Source: Dehalococcoidia bacterium | Lineage (GTDB): Bacteria > Chloroflexota > Dehalococcoidia > SM23-28-2 > RBG-16-64-32 | Length of the DNA: 64,000 nt | Assembly: GCA_041481535.1 (NCBI GenBank) | Contig: JBGPBZ010000001.1 | Location: 1,065-65,064 of the forward strand | Direction: 5' to 3' | In this document: positions 8,692 through 17,056 of the stretch, piece by piece | Numbering within the stretch: position 1 is the stretch's first letter | Layout of the letters: every line of letters starts with the position of its first letter | Notes under the pieces: model-generated | Seen by the model: the letters and a program-made list of their open reading frames with translations, nothing else | What the model was told of the DNA's origin: nothing | Database searches by the model: none | Program-made: the position numbers and the translations under genes

Positions 8692-9552
8692 CTAAACGCC
8701 CCCGAGTACATCGTCGGCTATCGCATCAATATCAGTGGGTACGTCATCGATCGGCACGGCGTTGGAAATGTGACGCGATGCCTTGTTGGCGTACATGTCC
8801 GCGTCCGCCCACTGGATCATTTCTTCAACTGTTTCGCCGCCCCACGGGTAGCCCGCCAGGCCAATCGAGACGGTGACGGTCAGCGCAACTCCGTTCGACT
8901 CGTACATTGGGATCTGCTCCAGGTCCAGCCACAAGCGGCGCGCCAGTGCGAAGGCGCCGCGCTTGTCAGTGCCCGGCATCACGATCCCGAACTCGTCGCC
9001 GCCGAGCCGCGCCGGCACGTCGTCGGAGCGAGTGTGCGCAGAGATCACACGGCCGAGGTTTGCGATTACGACGTCGCCGACGTTGTGGCCGTACTCGTCG
9101 TTGATCAGCTTGAGCTTGTCCAGGTCCATGATGACGATCGCGAGCGGCCGCTTCGATATCTTCGACTTCTCGATTTCGACACGCGCTACTTCGTAGAAGT
9201 GGCGGCGGTTGTAGAGTCCGGTCAGCTCGTCTCGATAGACCATCTCGGAGAGGTCTTCGATCTGGCTCAGCAGCTGGTTTCGGTAGCGGGCGAAGACGGC
9301 TGTTTCCATGCGGCGCATGATCACGTTGGAGAAGATGGCGTAGCTGAACGGGACGCCGGCGAGGATGCAGTAGAGAGCGAGGTGCCACCAGATACCGCCG
9401 CCCGCAGTCGCGACGGCCACGCCGAGCACCACCGACGTCACCACGGTTACGGCGATGCCGCCCGTCCAGGCGATGCGCGAGATGTTAGTCTCTTCGGCTT
9501 CCAGATCGCCTTCGGGGCGAACCATTCTCTTGGAATTGATAGTCGTGCTCAT
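8692..9552 (-). CDS. Membrane-anchored GGDEF diguanylate cyclase
   Basis: RLGGDEFG is the active site, RYNRRHF/DLDKLKLIND is the I-site-like region, and there are 2 N-terminal TM helices. The ATG at 9552 has GGAAGG 5 nt upstream. The ORF-track extension to 9765 has no RBS. Confidence 0.75.
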   Translation of the reverse strand: MSTTINSKRMVRPEGDLEAEETNISRIAWTGGIAVTVVTSVVLGVAVATAGGGIWWHLALYCILAGVPFSYAIFSNVIMRRMETAVFARYRNQLLSQIEDLSEMVYRDELTGLYNRRHFYEVARVEIEKSKISKRPLAIVIMDLDKLKLINDEYGHNVGDVVIANLGRVISAHTRSDDVPARLGGDEFGIVMPGTDKRGAFALARRLWLDLEQIPMYESNGVALTVTVSIGLAGYPWGGETVEEMIQWADADMYANKASRHISNAVPIDDVPTDIDAIADDVLGGV

Positions 9553-9624
9553 AACGCCTTCCGTCGATCGCGTAGCGATATTTAGTTGCACCGCCAAAGC
9601 GTTCAACGGTAGGCCCTCCAGCCC

Positions 9625-9725
9625 CATCGATTTTCCACGCGTCCGGCGGCCTGGCGGCCGTATCCGTTTTGGCGGACTTAGGCCCATGGCTTTGCGCCCC
9701 ACCCTTTCGGGCGGTTTGCTCTTTT
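9625..9725 (-). ncRNA. Candidate c-di-GMP-I (GEMM) riboswitch in the 5' leader of the GGDEF/HD-GYP operon
   Basis: The minus strand reads AGCAAACCGCCCGAAAGGGUGGGGCGCAAAGCCAUGGGCCUAAGUCC. This matches the GEMM core (GCAAACC, a GAAA tetraloop, GGGRCGCAAAGCC, GGGCCUAA). Downstream, CGCUUUGGCGG can pair with aptamer CCGCCAAAACG, which would form an expression platform. Confidence 0.55.
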
Positions 9726-9849
9726 CCAGCCTGGAATTGGATACGCGGAGTAGCCACGCATCCACTCAGTAAGACGCTACCTGACCAGACCAGTTACATA
9801 AGCAGAAAGTAAGGAAATGGTTGCGATCCTATAGCAGTTGCCGGACGGG

Positions 9850-10797
9850 TTATTCAGCATTTGCCAGTACGTGCGGTTCGTCCGGCTCTATGTGGACGAC
9901 GACGACGGTCCCCGGCAGCCGCTGGTGTATCTCGTCCGCGATGGCGTCCGCCACCTCGTGAGCCTGGTGGACGCTGCTCGAAGCGTCGAACAACAGGTGC
10001 ATATCGACGTGGCGTGAGGCGCCCGCCTTTCGGGTGCGCAGGCGGTGGAACCCGCGGATCTCGGGGCCGTGCGCATCGATCACGTCCATTATCTCTCGCA
10101 ACTCGTGCTCCGGGAGAGCGGTATCGATCACATCGCTAATGGCCGTCCGTACCAGGCCCCAGGCCACCCACGCCATGTACGCGGAGAGAGCCAGCGCCGT
10201 CAGCGGGTCGAAGAACGTCCTGTCCGTCAGCTGGACCAGCAGCAGGCCGGCGATGATCGCGCTCGCCTGGACGATGTTGGTGTGGAGGTGCGTGGCCTCG
10301 GCACTTAGCGCCATCGAGTGCGAGCGCTTCGCCTCGCGCCGCATAAAGAGCGAGGTGAGGAGGTTCGCGACGGCGGCGATGCCCATCGCGATCAATCCAA
10401 CGCCGACGTTGATCTCGGGCGAGCCGGAGATCAGGCGGATGACTGCTTGCGTCGCGACGAGCCCGCCGCCGAGCGCGATGACCGTGGCCGCAACGGAGGC
10501 GGAGACTGCTTCGACTTTGCCGTGGCCATAGGGGTGCGCTTCGTCAGCCGGCGTCGAGGCGATGCGGACGCTGATGAGCGCCGCTGCGCCGCCGACGAGG
10601 TCCGTCGCGCTGTCGACGGCGTCGCCGAGGACGGCGATGCTGCCGCTGATGAGGCCGAGGGTAAGCTTGAGGACGAGAAGGCCGCAGGTGACGGCGAGCG
10701 AGATCGCGGCGATGCGGGCCGGGGCTGCGAACAGTGCCGAGTGCTCCTCGGCGTGAGAGAGCTCGTGCGGCTCAGCGGGACTTACGTGCGATGACAT
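9850..10797 (-). CDS. Cation diffusion facilitator (CzcD/ZitB-like) transporter
   Basis: Six TM helices, an HxxxD-type metal site (DAVDSATD) and a C-terminal cytoplasmic domain. The His-rich N-terminus reads HELSHAEEH. Confidence 0.8.
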   Translation of the reverse strand: MSSHVSPAEPHELSHAEEHSALFAAPARIAAISLAVTCGLLVLKLTLGLISGSIAVLGDAVDSATDLVGGAAALISVRIASTPADEAHPYGHGKVEAVSASVAATVIALGGGLVATQAVIRLISGSPEINVGVGLIAMGIAAVANLLTSLFMRREAKRSHSMALSAEATHLHTNIVQASAIIAGLLLVQLTDRTFFDPLTALALSAYMAWVAWGLVRTAISDVIDTALPEHELREIMDVIDAHGPEIRGFHRLRTRKAGASRHVDMHLLFDASSSVHQAHEVADAIADEIHQRLPGTVVVVHIEPDEPHVLANAE

Positions 10798-11728
10798 TCC
10801 TGGCCGCCTGGGCGATCGCTTCGGGCGTCAGGTTGAAGTGCTCCAGTAGTTCTTTCCAGGTGCCGCTGGTGCCGTAGCGGTCGCGCATCCCCACGAACTC
10901 CATTGGCGCCGGGCGTTGCTCCGACAGGGCCTGCGAAACGATGGTGCCCAGACCGCCGAAGACGAAGTGGTCCTCCGCCGTCACGATGGCGCCGGTTTCC
11001 TCGGCTGATTCTAGTACCGCGTCGGTGTCCATCGGCCGCAGGCTGGAGGCGTTGAAGACGCGCGCTTCGATGCTCTCGGCGGCGAGGATTTCGGCGGCGT
11101 CCAGTGCTGACTTCACGAGCTCACCGCAGGCGATGATGGTGACGTCTTTGCCGTCCCGCAGGCGAGGCCACTTTCCGAGCTCAAATCGATATTTGTCGTC
11201 GAAGATGATTGGCGTCTTGGGGCGAAGCGCGCGGATGTAGAAGGGGCCATCAGTGCGGGCGGCGCATTCGATCGCCTGCTCACATTCGACAGAGTCGGCC
11301 GGGAAGAGGACGGCGAACGGCGGCATCGAGAGCATCAGCGCGAGGTCTTCCAGCCCCTCAGCAGAGGCGCCGTCTTCGCCGGTCACGATGCCGGCGTGGC
11401 TGGCGAAGAGCTTGACGTTGGTGCGCGGCTGGGCGACGGCCATGCGCAGTTGGTCGAAGCAGTGGCCCGGCGCGAACACCGCGAAGCTGCTGACGAAGGC
11501 GACTTTACCGGCTGCAGCGAGGCCGGCGGCGACACCGATCATGTTCTGCTCGGCGACGCCGACCGGGAAGAATCGCTCCGGGAACTTTGCGCCGAACTTG
11601 ACGGCGGAGGTGGAGACGCCGAGGTCAGCGTCGACGCAGACGACGTCGAGGCCGGCCTCGCAGAGACGGGCGAGGGTTGGGCCGAAGACTTCGCGCGTGG
11701 CCTTTTCGCCGTAAGTTTGGACGGGCAT
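10772..11728 (-). CDS. Transketolase, C-terminal (pyrimidine-binding plus C-terminal domain) subunit
   Basis: Sequence typical of the split-transketolase B subunit (GEDGASAEGLEDLALM..P). Its ATG directly follows the TAG of the upstream N-terminal subunit gene. Confidence 0.8.
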   Translation of the reverse strand: MPVQTYGEKATREVFGPTLARLCEAGLDVVCVDADLGVSTSAVKFGAKFPERFFPVGVAEQNMIGVAAGLAAAGKVAFVSSFAVFAPGHCFDQLRMAVAQPRTNVKLFASHAGIVTGEDGASAEGLEDLALMLSMPPFAVLFPADSVECEQAIECAARTDGPFYIRALRPKTPIIFDDKYRFELGKWPRLRDGKDVTIIACGELVKSALDAAEILAAESIEARVFNASSLRPMDTDAVLESAEETGAIVTAEDHFVFGGLGTIVSQALSEQRPAPMEFVGMRDRYGTSGTWKELLEHFNLTPEAIAQAARNVIARKSR

Positions 11729-12647
11729 CTATGCGTCGAATCCAAGCTCGCGGAGGCCTTGCTTCAGTTCTTCAGGGTTCGGCGCCTTGCCGTGGAAGTC
11801 CGGGTTGTTTTCCATGTAAGAGATGCCTTTGCCCTTGATGGTTTCGCAGATAACGATGGCGGGGCCTTCGTTGTAGTCGCGCGCTTCTTCGAGCGCGGGG
11901 ATGACCTGCGAGAAGTCGTTGCCGTCGTTGACGCGAATCACTTTCCAGCCGAACGCCTTCCACTTATCGTCGACGGGCTCGAGGTTCATGATGTTCGCGG
12001 TGTGGCCGTCCGAGAGGACGAATCCACCGCTGAGGTGCGACGGCTCGCGGACATCGCGGGGAGTGCGCTGGAAGTCGGAATAGCCGTCGTTCTGGATGTG
12101 ATTGCGGTCCATGATCGCGACGAGGTTACCGACTTTGTGGTGCGCGGAGGACATGGCGGCTTCCCACGTCTGACCCTCCTGACTGTCGCCGTCGGAGATC
12201 AGGCAGTAGACGTTGTAGTCGCGCTTGTCCAGCCGGCCGGCCAGCGCCTGCCCGAGCGAGAACGAGAGCCCCATGCCAAGCGCGCCGGCCGACATTTCGA
12301 CGCCGGGGGGCTTACCCATGATGACGTGTCCCTGGAGCTTGCTGCCGAGCTTGCGGAAGGTGAGCAGCTCATCGACAGAGAAGTAGCCGGCTTCGGCCAG
12401 CACCGAATAGATGACGGGCGTGGCATGGCCTTTGCTGAGGATGAAGCGATCCCGCTCCGGCATCGCGGGGTTCTTGGGGTCGTGGCGCATGATCGCGAAA
12501 TAGAGCGCGGTCACGATCTCCACCGCCGAGAGCGAGCCGCCGGGGTGGCCGGAGTTGGCGGCCGCAGTCATCTCGAGGATGTGCTTGCGGACGCTGCGGG
12601 CGATCTCTTTGAGCTGGTCGATGGAAACGGTGGAGGCCTGGGCCAAT
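11729..12647 (-). CDS. Transketolase, N-terminal (TPP-binding) subunit
   Basis: GHPGGSLSAVEIVTALYF and GHATPVIYSVLAEAGYF are the TPP-binding signatures. The likely start is the TTG at 12647, with AAGGAG 7 nt upstream. Confidence 0.75.
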
Positions 12648-12752
12648 GAGGTGCTCCTTGCGGGGGATGTACCTCGAATTATAGTGCCGGGAATGCGTGC
12701 CGCAATGTGGATAAGGTGAGGGTGGCGGCTAAGAGGGTATAGCGCGGCTGCG

Positions 12753-12840
12753 GCTGTCAACGGATGGGGGAACGGATTACGGAGCGGGAGCACGTGGCTG
12801 TCAACGAATGGGAGACCGAATTAACGAATCGAGACGGGTG
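12753..12840. repeat. Two tandem ~44-nt units (GCTGTCAACGRATGGG..GAACGRATTA..CGRATCG..GTG) containing AACGRAT direct repeats; a third copy is at 22422-22464
   Basis: Unit 1 spans 12753-12796 and unit 2 spans 12797-12840. Both sit in the divergent promoter region between the transketolase and amidohydrolase genes. Confidence 0.5.
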
Positions 12841-12872
12841 CCGCGACCGGGTTGACCGCCGGGGGCCCATCC

Positions 12873-13721
12873 TTGACGCTTGGGGGCGTGATCATCGACG
12901 TCCATACGCACATCTTCCCGCCCGAAGTCTCCGAGCGGCGGGCCGAGTACGTCAAACGTGACGCGACGTTCGCCGAGATGTACGCGAACCCCCGGGCGGA
13001 TATCGCTACCGTGGACGATCTCCTCGCAAGCATGGACGAAGCGGCGGTCAACACGAGCGTGGCGCTCGGTTTCGCATGGGGAGATGCCGAGACGGTGTCC
13101 GCGCACAACGACTATCTGCTCGAGGCTGCGGCGCACAGCGGAGGCCGAATCGTGCCGTTCTGTAACGTGAACATGGCCGATCCCGGAGCCGCGGAGGAAG
13201 TGGGGCGCTGCGCAGCGAGGCACGCGCGCGGGCTGGGAGAGCTGCGGCCGGACAGCCAGGGTTGGGATTTGAACGGCGCCGCAGGGGACCAGCTGGCGGA
13301 GATGGCGCGGCGGCTCAACCTGGTGCTACTGTTTCACGTCACGGAGCCGGGGTTCCGCTCGTATCCCGGGCGCGCGGGCTGCAAGCTCGAGTCGTTCCAG
13401 GCGTTCGCCAACAAACATCCCGACCTCTGGATCATCGGCGCGCACTTCGGCGGCGGGTTCTACACGGGAGACCCCGGCTCGCCTGCCTCACCTTTCGTCG
13501 ACACCGCCGCACAACCGTTTCTCCATCCCGGCGAGCACGCACGCCGAGAGCTGGCCTGCGTGCCACTGGACCGCATCCTCTTCGGTAGCGACTTCCCGCT
13601 AATCTCGCAGGCCCGGCAGATCGCCGAGCTGCGCACCGCCATCGCCGAGGAGGGGCATCTTAGCGCCGCGCTGGGCCGAAACGCGGAGGCTTTGCTCCAC
13701 GCGGCGAAGATCCGCCCCTGA
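12873..13721 (+). CDS. Amidohydrolase-2 family metal-dependent hydrolase (TIM barrel)
   Basis: VIIDVHTHIFP at the N-terminus is typical. HFGGG follows, and the C-terminal LFGSDFPL carries the catalytic Asp. The start is uncertain (TTG 12852, TTG 12873, or GTG 12888). Confidence 0.65.
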   Translation: MTLGGVIIDVHTHIFPPEVSERRAEYVKRDATFAEMYANPRADIATVDDLLASMDEAAVNTSVALGFAWGDAETVSAHNDYLLEAAAHSGGRIVPFCNVNMADPGAAEEVGRCAARHARGLGELRPDSQGWDLNGAAGDQLAEMARRLNLVLLFHVTEPGFRSYPGRAGCKLESFQAFANKHPDLWIIGAHFGGGFYTGDPGSPASPFVDTAAQPFLHPGEHARRELACVPLDRILFGSDFPLISQARQIAELRTAIAEEGHLSAALGRNAEALLHAAKIRP

Positions 13722-13723
13722 CC

Positions 13724-14302
13724 GTGAACCTCCGACTCTTCGTCGCCATCGAACTGCCTGCGGACGTTCTATCCACCCTCAACGACCTGCAGCACGAACT
13801 GCAGAGGGACGCGGCGCTCGCCCGCTTGCGGTGGGTACGGGCGGAGGGCATCCACCTCACGCTGAAGTTTCTGGGAGCAGTGCCCGCAGAGAAGCGCGGG
13901 GGGATCGAGGCGGCCGTTCAGCGCGCCGTGGCTGGCATCACGCCGTTTGAGTTGAGGTTCGGAAAGCTCGGGACGTTTGGCAGCAGGCGTTCGCCGAGAG
14001 TGTTGTGGGTGGATGTGGCGGGCGATACGCAGACGCTCGCTCGATTGCAAGAGCAGGTGGAGCGAGAGCTGGCGCCGCTCGGCTTTCCTTCGGAGGGACG
14101 AACGTTCTCGGCGCACTTGACGCTGGCACGCGTGCCGCCAGAGCGCGCGGCGGATGCGTCGGAGGCGCTGGCGGAGACCGTCGCGAAGAACGAAGCGCCG
14201 CGCGGGGCGATTGCGGCGAAGGAGCTGGCGCTGATGAAGAGCGACCTGCGTCCGGGCGGCGCGGTCTACACACAGCTGTTTGCAGCGCGGCTAGAGGATT
14301 AG
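13724..14302 (+). CDS. thpR: RNA 2',3'-cyclic phosphodiesterase (2H family, LigT/ThpR)
   Basis: Two H-x-T-x motifs (HLTLKF and HLTLAR) in a protein of roughly 190 aa. The start is a GTG. Confidence 0.75.
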   Translation: MNLRLFVAIELPADVLSTLNDLQHELQRDAALARLRWVRAEGIHLTLKFLGAVPAEKRGGIEAAVQRAVAGITPFELRFGKLGTFGSRRSPRVLWVDVAGDTQTLARLQEQVERELAPLGFPSEGRTFSAHLTLARVPPERAADASEALAETVAKNEAPRGAIAAKELALMKSDLRPGGAVYTQLFAARLED

Positions 14303-14710
14303 GCGGTAGTAGTCGGCGGAGTCTTCGTAGCCGATGGCGGCGTAGAAGTCGCCAGCACGGCGGGTGGCGAGCGAGACGAGGACGCAGCCCCGCTCGCGGG
14401 CCCAGTCTTCGAAAGCGCGCATAAGAAGGCGGCCGAGGCCGGAGCGCCGGTGGGCTTCGGCGACAGCAAGCTCGTCGACCCAGGCGGTACGGCCGTTGGC
14501 GTAGAGCGTTGGGTGATCGAAACCGAGCAGGTAGCCGGCGATGTGGCCATCGGACTCGGCGACGAGAAGGACCGCGTCAGGCTGAGCGACAATTTCGGCG
14601 AATGAGGCGCGCCAGGCGGTCTCCTTGGTGGGGAAAGTGGTCGCGAAGTCTGTAGTGAGGGCGAGGATGGCGTCGGCGTCGGCGAACGTGGCGCGGCGGA
14701 TCGTGTTCAT
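14291..14710 (-). CDS. GNAT family N-acetyltransferase
   Basis: Acetyl-CoA-binding motif RRSGLGRLLM. A TATAAT sits 8 nt upstream of the ATG, suggesting a leaderless mRNA. Confidence 0.7.
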   Translation of the reverse strand: MNTIRRATFADADAILALTTDFATTFPTKETAWRASFAEIVAQPDAVLLVAESDGHIAGYLLGFDHPTLYANGRTAWVDELAVAEAHRRSGLGRLLMRAFEDWARERGCVLVSLATRRAGDFYAAIGYEDSADYYRLIL

Positions 14711-14735
14711 GCGCACGGATTATACTGACCGAGGT

Positions 14736-15338
14736 ATGACCGAACACGCCGCCAATCCACCCGCCGACGTCCGTGGCGACGGGTTTTTCGCCACTCTGCG
14801 CGCAGGCGGCGAGTTCTTCAAGCGAAACCTCACGCCGCGGACGGGCGTCGCCCTCACTGCGTGGCGCATCGAGACGCTGCTGATCACGCCGCTCTCCATC
14901 TTCTTCATCGAGACGCTTGGACGCTGGCGCGGCGCGTTTGCGATGAGCTTGGTGATGGCGGGATTCGCGGTTCTCTTTCTGCTGCTGCTGGCGGGCGAGC
15001 CGATCATGGCGGACTTCCGGCGCTGGCTGGGTGAGCGACGGTTCGGCCACTGGTCGATGCGCATCGCTGAGAGGCGGGACGCGACGGGCGTCGCCCAGCG
15101 TGCGATTTCCGTTCCCTTCATCGTGATGCTTCTCGGGCCGTTCTGGCGGGCGGTTACGGTGGAGACGTTTCTCGTGAGGAAGCCGATCGCGGCGCTGATT
15201 GCGGTGGGCGGGACGTTCCCCCACACGATGTTCTGGACGGGACTTGTGACGGCGAGTGCGTGGGAGCTGATCACGAAGCCGGCGCTGTGGTGGCTGTGGG
15301 ACAACGGCGTGTCGCCGCTGTTCGGCCTGGTGTTCTGA
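14736..15338 (+). CDS. Hypothetical integral membrane protein (4-5 TM)
   Basis: Hydrophobic helices. A TATACT box sits 9 nt upstream of the ATG, divergent from the GNAT gene. Confidence 0.45.
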   Translation: MTEHAANPPADVRGDGFFATLRAGGEFFKRNLTPRTGVALTAWRIETLLITPLSIFFIETLGRWRGAFAMSLVMAGFAVLFLLLLAGEPIMADFRRWLGERRFGHWSMRIAERRDATGVAQRAISVPFIVMLLGPFWRAVTVETFLVRKPIAALIAVGGTFPHTMFWTGLVTASAWELITKPALWWLWDNGVSPLFGLVF

Positions 15339-15426
15339 GCGCGAGGTGTTTGGCGGATAAAGTCGGGATGCCGCGCTATGCCCAACCCCACCCCTCTAAC
15401 AGGCGAAACCTCACGGCGCAGCCGCT

Positions 15427-16404
15427 CTATTCCCGGTAGCCCTCTGGGTGAGACTGGCGCCAGCGCCAGGCGGTTTCGATGATCGATCCGAGGTCTGTGT
15501 ACTGGATCTTCCAGCCGAGCTCGGAGACGGCCTTCTCGTGTGAGGCGACGAGAATGGCGGGGTCGCCGGAGCGGCGGGGCTCTTCGCTGATCGCGATCTC
15601 GTCGCCGGTGACGCGGCGGGCGGCCATGATGACGTCTCGGTTGGAGAAGCCCTGGCCGTTGCCGAGGTTGTAGACGCCGCTCGCCGATTCGGTGCGATCG
15701 AGGGCGAGGAGGTGCGCGGCGGCGAGGTCGGAGACGTGGACGTAATCGCGGACGCAGGTGCCGTCGGGCGTCTCGTAGTCGGTGCCGAAGAGGGGGACGA
15801 CATCTCGGCGACCGTCGGCGGCCTCGAGGAGGATCGGGATGAGATGCGTCTCCGGGCGGTGATCTTCGCCGCGGGTATCTGTCGCGCCCGCGGCGTTGAA
15901 GTAGCGCAGGGCGACGTACCGCATCTCAAACGCCTGCTCGTACCAGGGAAGCAGACGCTCAACGATGGCTTTCGACTCGCCGTAAGGGTTTACTGGTTTG
16001 ATTGGCGCATCTTCGCGGATGGGCACTTCGTCGGGCTCACCGTAGACGGCGGCGCTGGAGCTGAAGACGAAGCGCTGGACGCCGTAGGTCACCATAGCGT
16101 TCAGCAGCGTGATCGTGCCGCCGATGTTGTTGGCAAAGTAGCGGCCGGGCTGCTTGACGGACTCGCCGGCCTGGATATAGCCGCCGTAGTTCACGACGGC
16201 GTGGAAGTTGTGCGAAGCGAAGAGGCGGTTGAGGGCGGTCTCGTCGCGGATGTCGGCGTGTACGAACTCGGCGTCGGGGTTGAGCGCCTGGAGGTGCCCC
16301 GAGACGAGCGAGTCGATGACGGTGACGTCGTGTCCGGCCTCAACGATCTGATCGACCGTGACGCTGCCGATGTACCCGGCGCCGCCGACTACGAGAATGC
16401 GCAA
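15427..16404 (-). CDS. galE: UDP-glucose 4-epimerase
   Basis: Rossmann motif GGAGYIGS and the YxxxK motif (YGESK). The protein is 325 aa and aligns with GalE over its full length. Confidence 0.85.
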   Translation of the reverse strand: MRILVVGGAGYIGSVTVDQIVEAGHDVTVIDSLVSGHLQALNPDAEFVHADIRDETALNRLFASHNFHAVVNYGGYIQAGESVKQPGRYFANNIGGTITLLNAMVTYGVQRFVFSSSAAVYGEPDEVPIREDAPIKPVNPYGESKAIVERLLPWYEQAFEMRYVALRYFNAAGATDTRGEDHRPETHLIPILLEAADGRRDVVPLFGTDYETPDGTCVRDYVHVSDLAAAHLLALDRTESASGVYNLGNGQGFSNRDVIMAARRVTGDEIAISEEPRRSGDPAILVASHEKAVSELGWKIQYTDLGSIIETAWRWRQSHPEGYRE

Positions 16405-16407
16405 GAG

Positions 16408-17016
16408 CTAGCGCCGCCGCCGACGGTAGATGAAACGGGCGGGTGATCGCCAGACCGAAATTAGTTTGCGCAATGACAGGAGGAAAGGGACGACGACTAC
16501 AGCGATGACGGCCCACAGGATAAAGCTGGCGATAAGCGAGAACTCAGAGGAAGTGTGGGGTCCGAAGGAATCCCACGTTGTGTCTTGAAATTCGACCCAG
16601 GGCCGTCGGACTTGGGACAGCAGAAGAGCTACGAAAAGACCTGTGACAGCCGTCCACACGACGGGATAATAGAAAGGCGAGCTCCAACGGCGGGCGTAAC
16701 TTCGGATTTGCGCAACGTTCAGCCAGATGCCGCCACCGATGACTAGCAAGAATACTCCCAACAGAACCACCGGGGTCCAGTTCGATGATGAGTCGGAGCA
16801 GGTCTCCGGCGTGGCGTTTCCCTCATCGACGATGTTGCCGGAAGCATCAGTCACAGGCCCCTGGAAGCCGCTCGTACAGATTTGTGATGGGCCTAAAGCA
16901 GGCACGAGGAAGATAGTCCCTACGAACATCAAGATAAGAATTACCAACGTCGCCAAGGCAAACGCCGTGCCGAAGTACGGCTTGTCCGGCCTGCGGAAGT
17001 GAGTCGATGCTCGCAT
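16408..17016 (-). CDS. Hypothetical membrane protein (4 TM, Arg-rich C-terminus)
   Basis: Hydrophobic segments. Its stop overlaps the galE start. GC content is slightly lower than the surroundings. Confidence 0.45.
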   Translation of the reverse strand: MRASTHFRRPDKPYFGTAFALATLVILILMFVGTIFLVPALGPSQICTSGFQGPVTDASGNIVDEGNATPETCSDSSSNWTPVVLLGVFLLVIGGGIWLNVAQIRSYARRWSSPFYYPVVWTAVTGLFVALLLSQVRRPWVEFQDTTWDSFGPHTSSEFSLIASFILWAVIAVVVVPFLLSLRKLISVWRSPARFIYRRRRR

Positions 17017-17056
17017 GCTCAGATTAGTCTAATCCCCCTGAGCGATTTGCGGCGCG

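Noticed and set aside
9553-9765. Upstream extension of the GGDEF ORF to 9765
   Set aside because: It would run through the riboswitch-like leader. The ATG at 9552 has a good SD, and the TM domain begins just after it.
11396-12649. 417-aa plus-strand ORF
   Set aside because: It is antisense to the transketolase N-terminal subunit gene.
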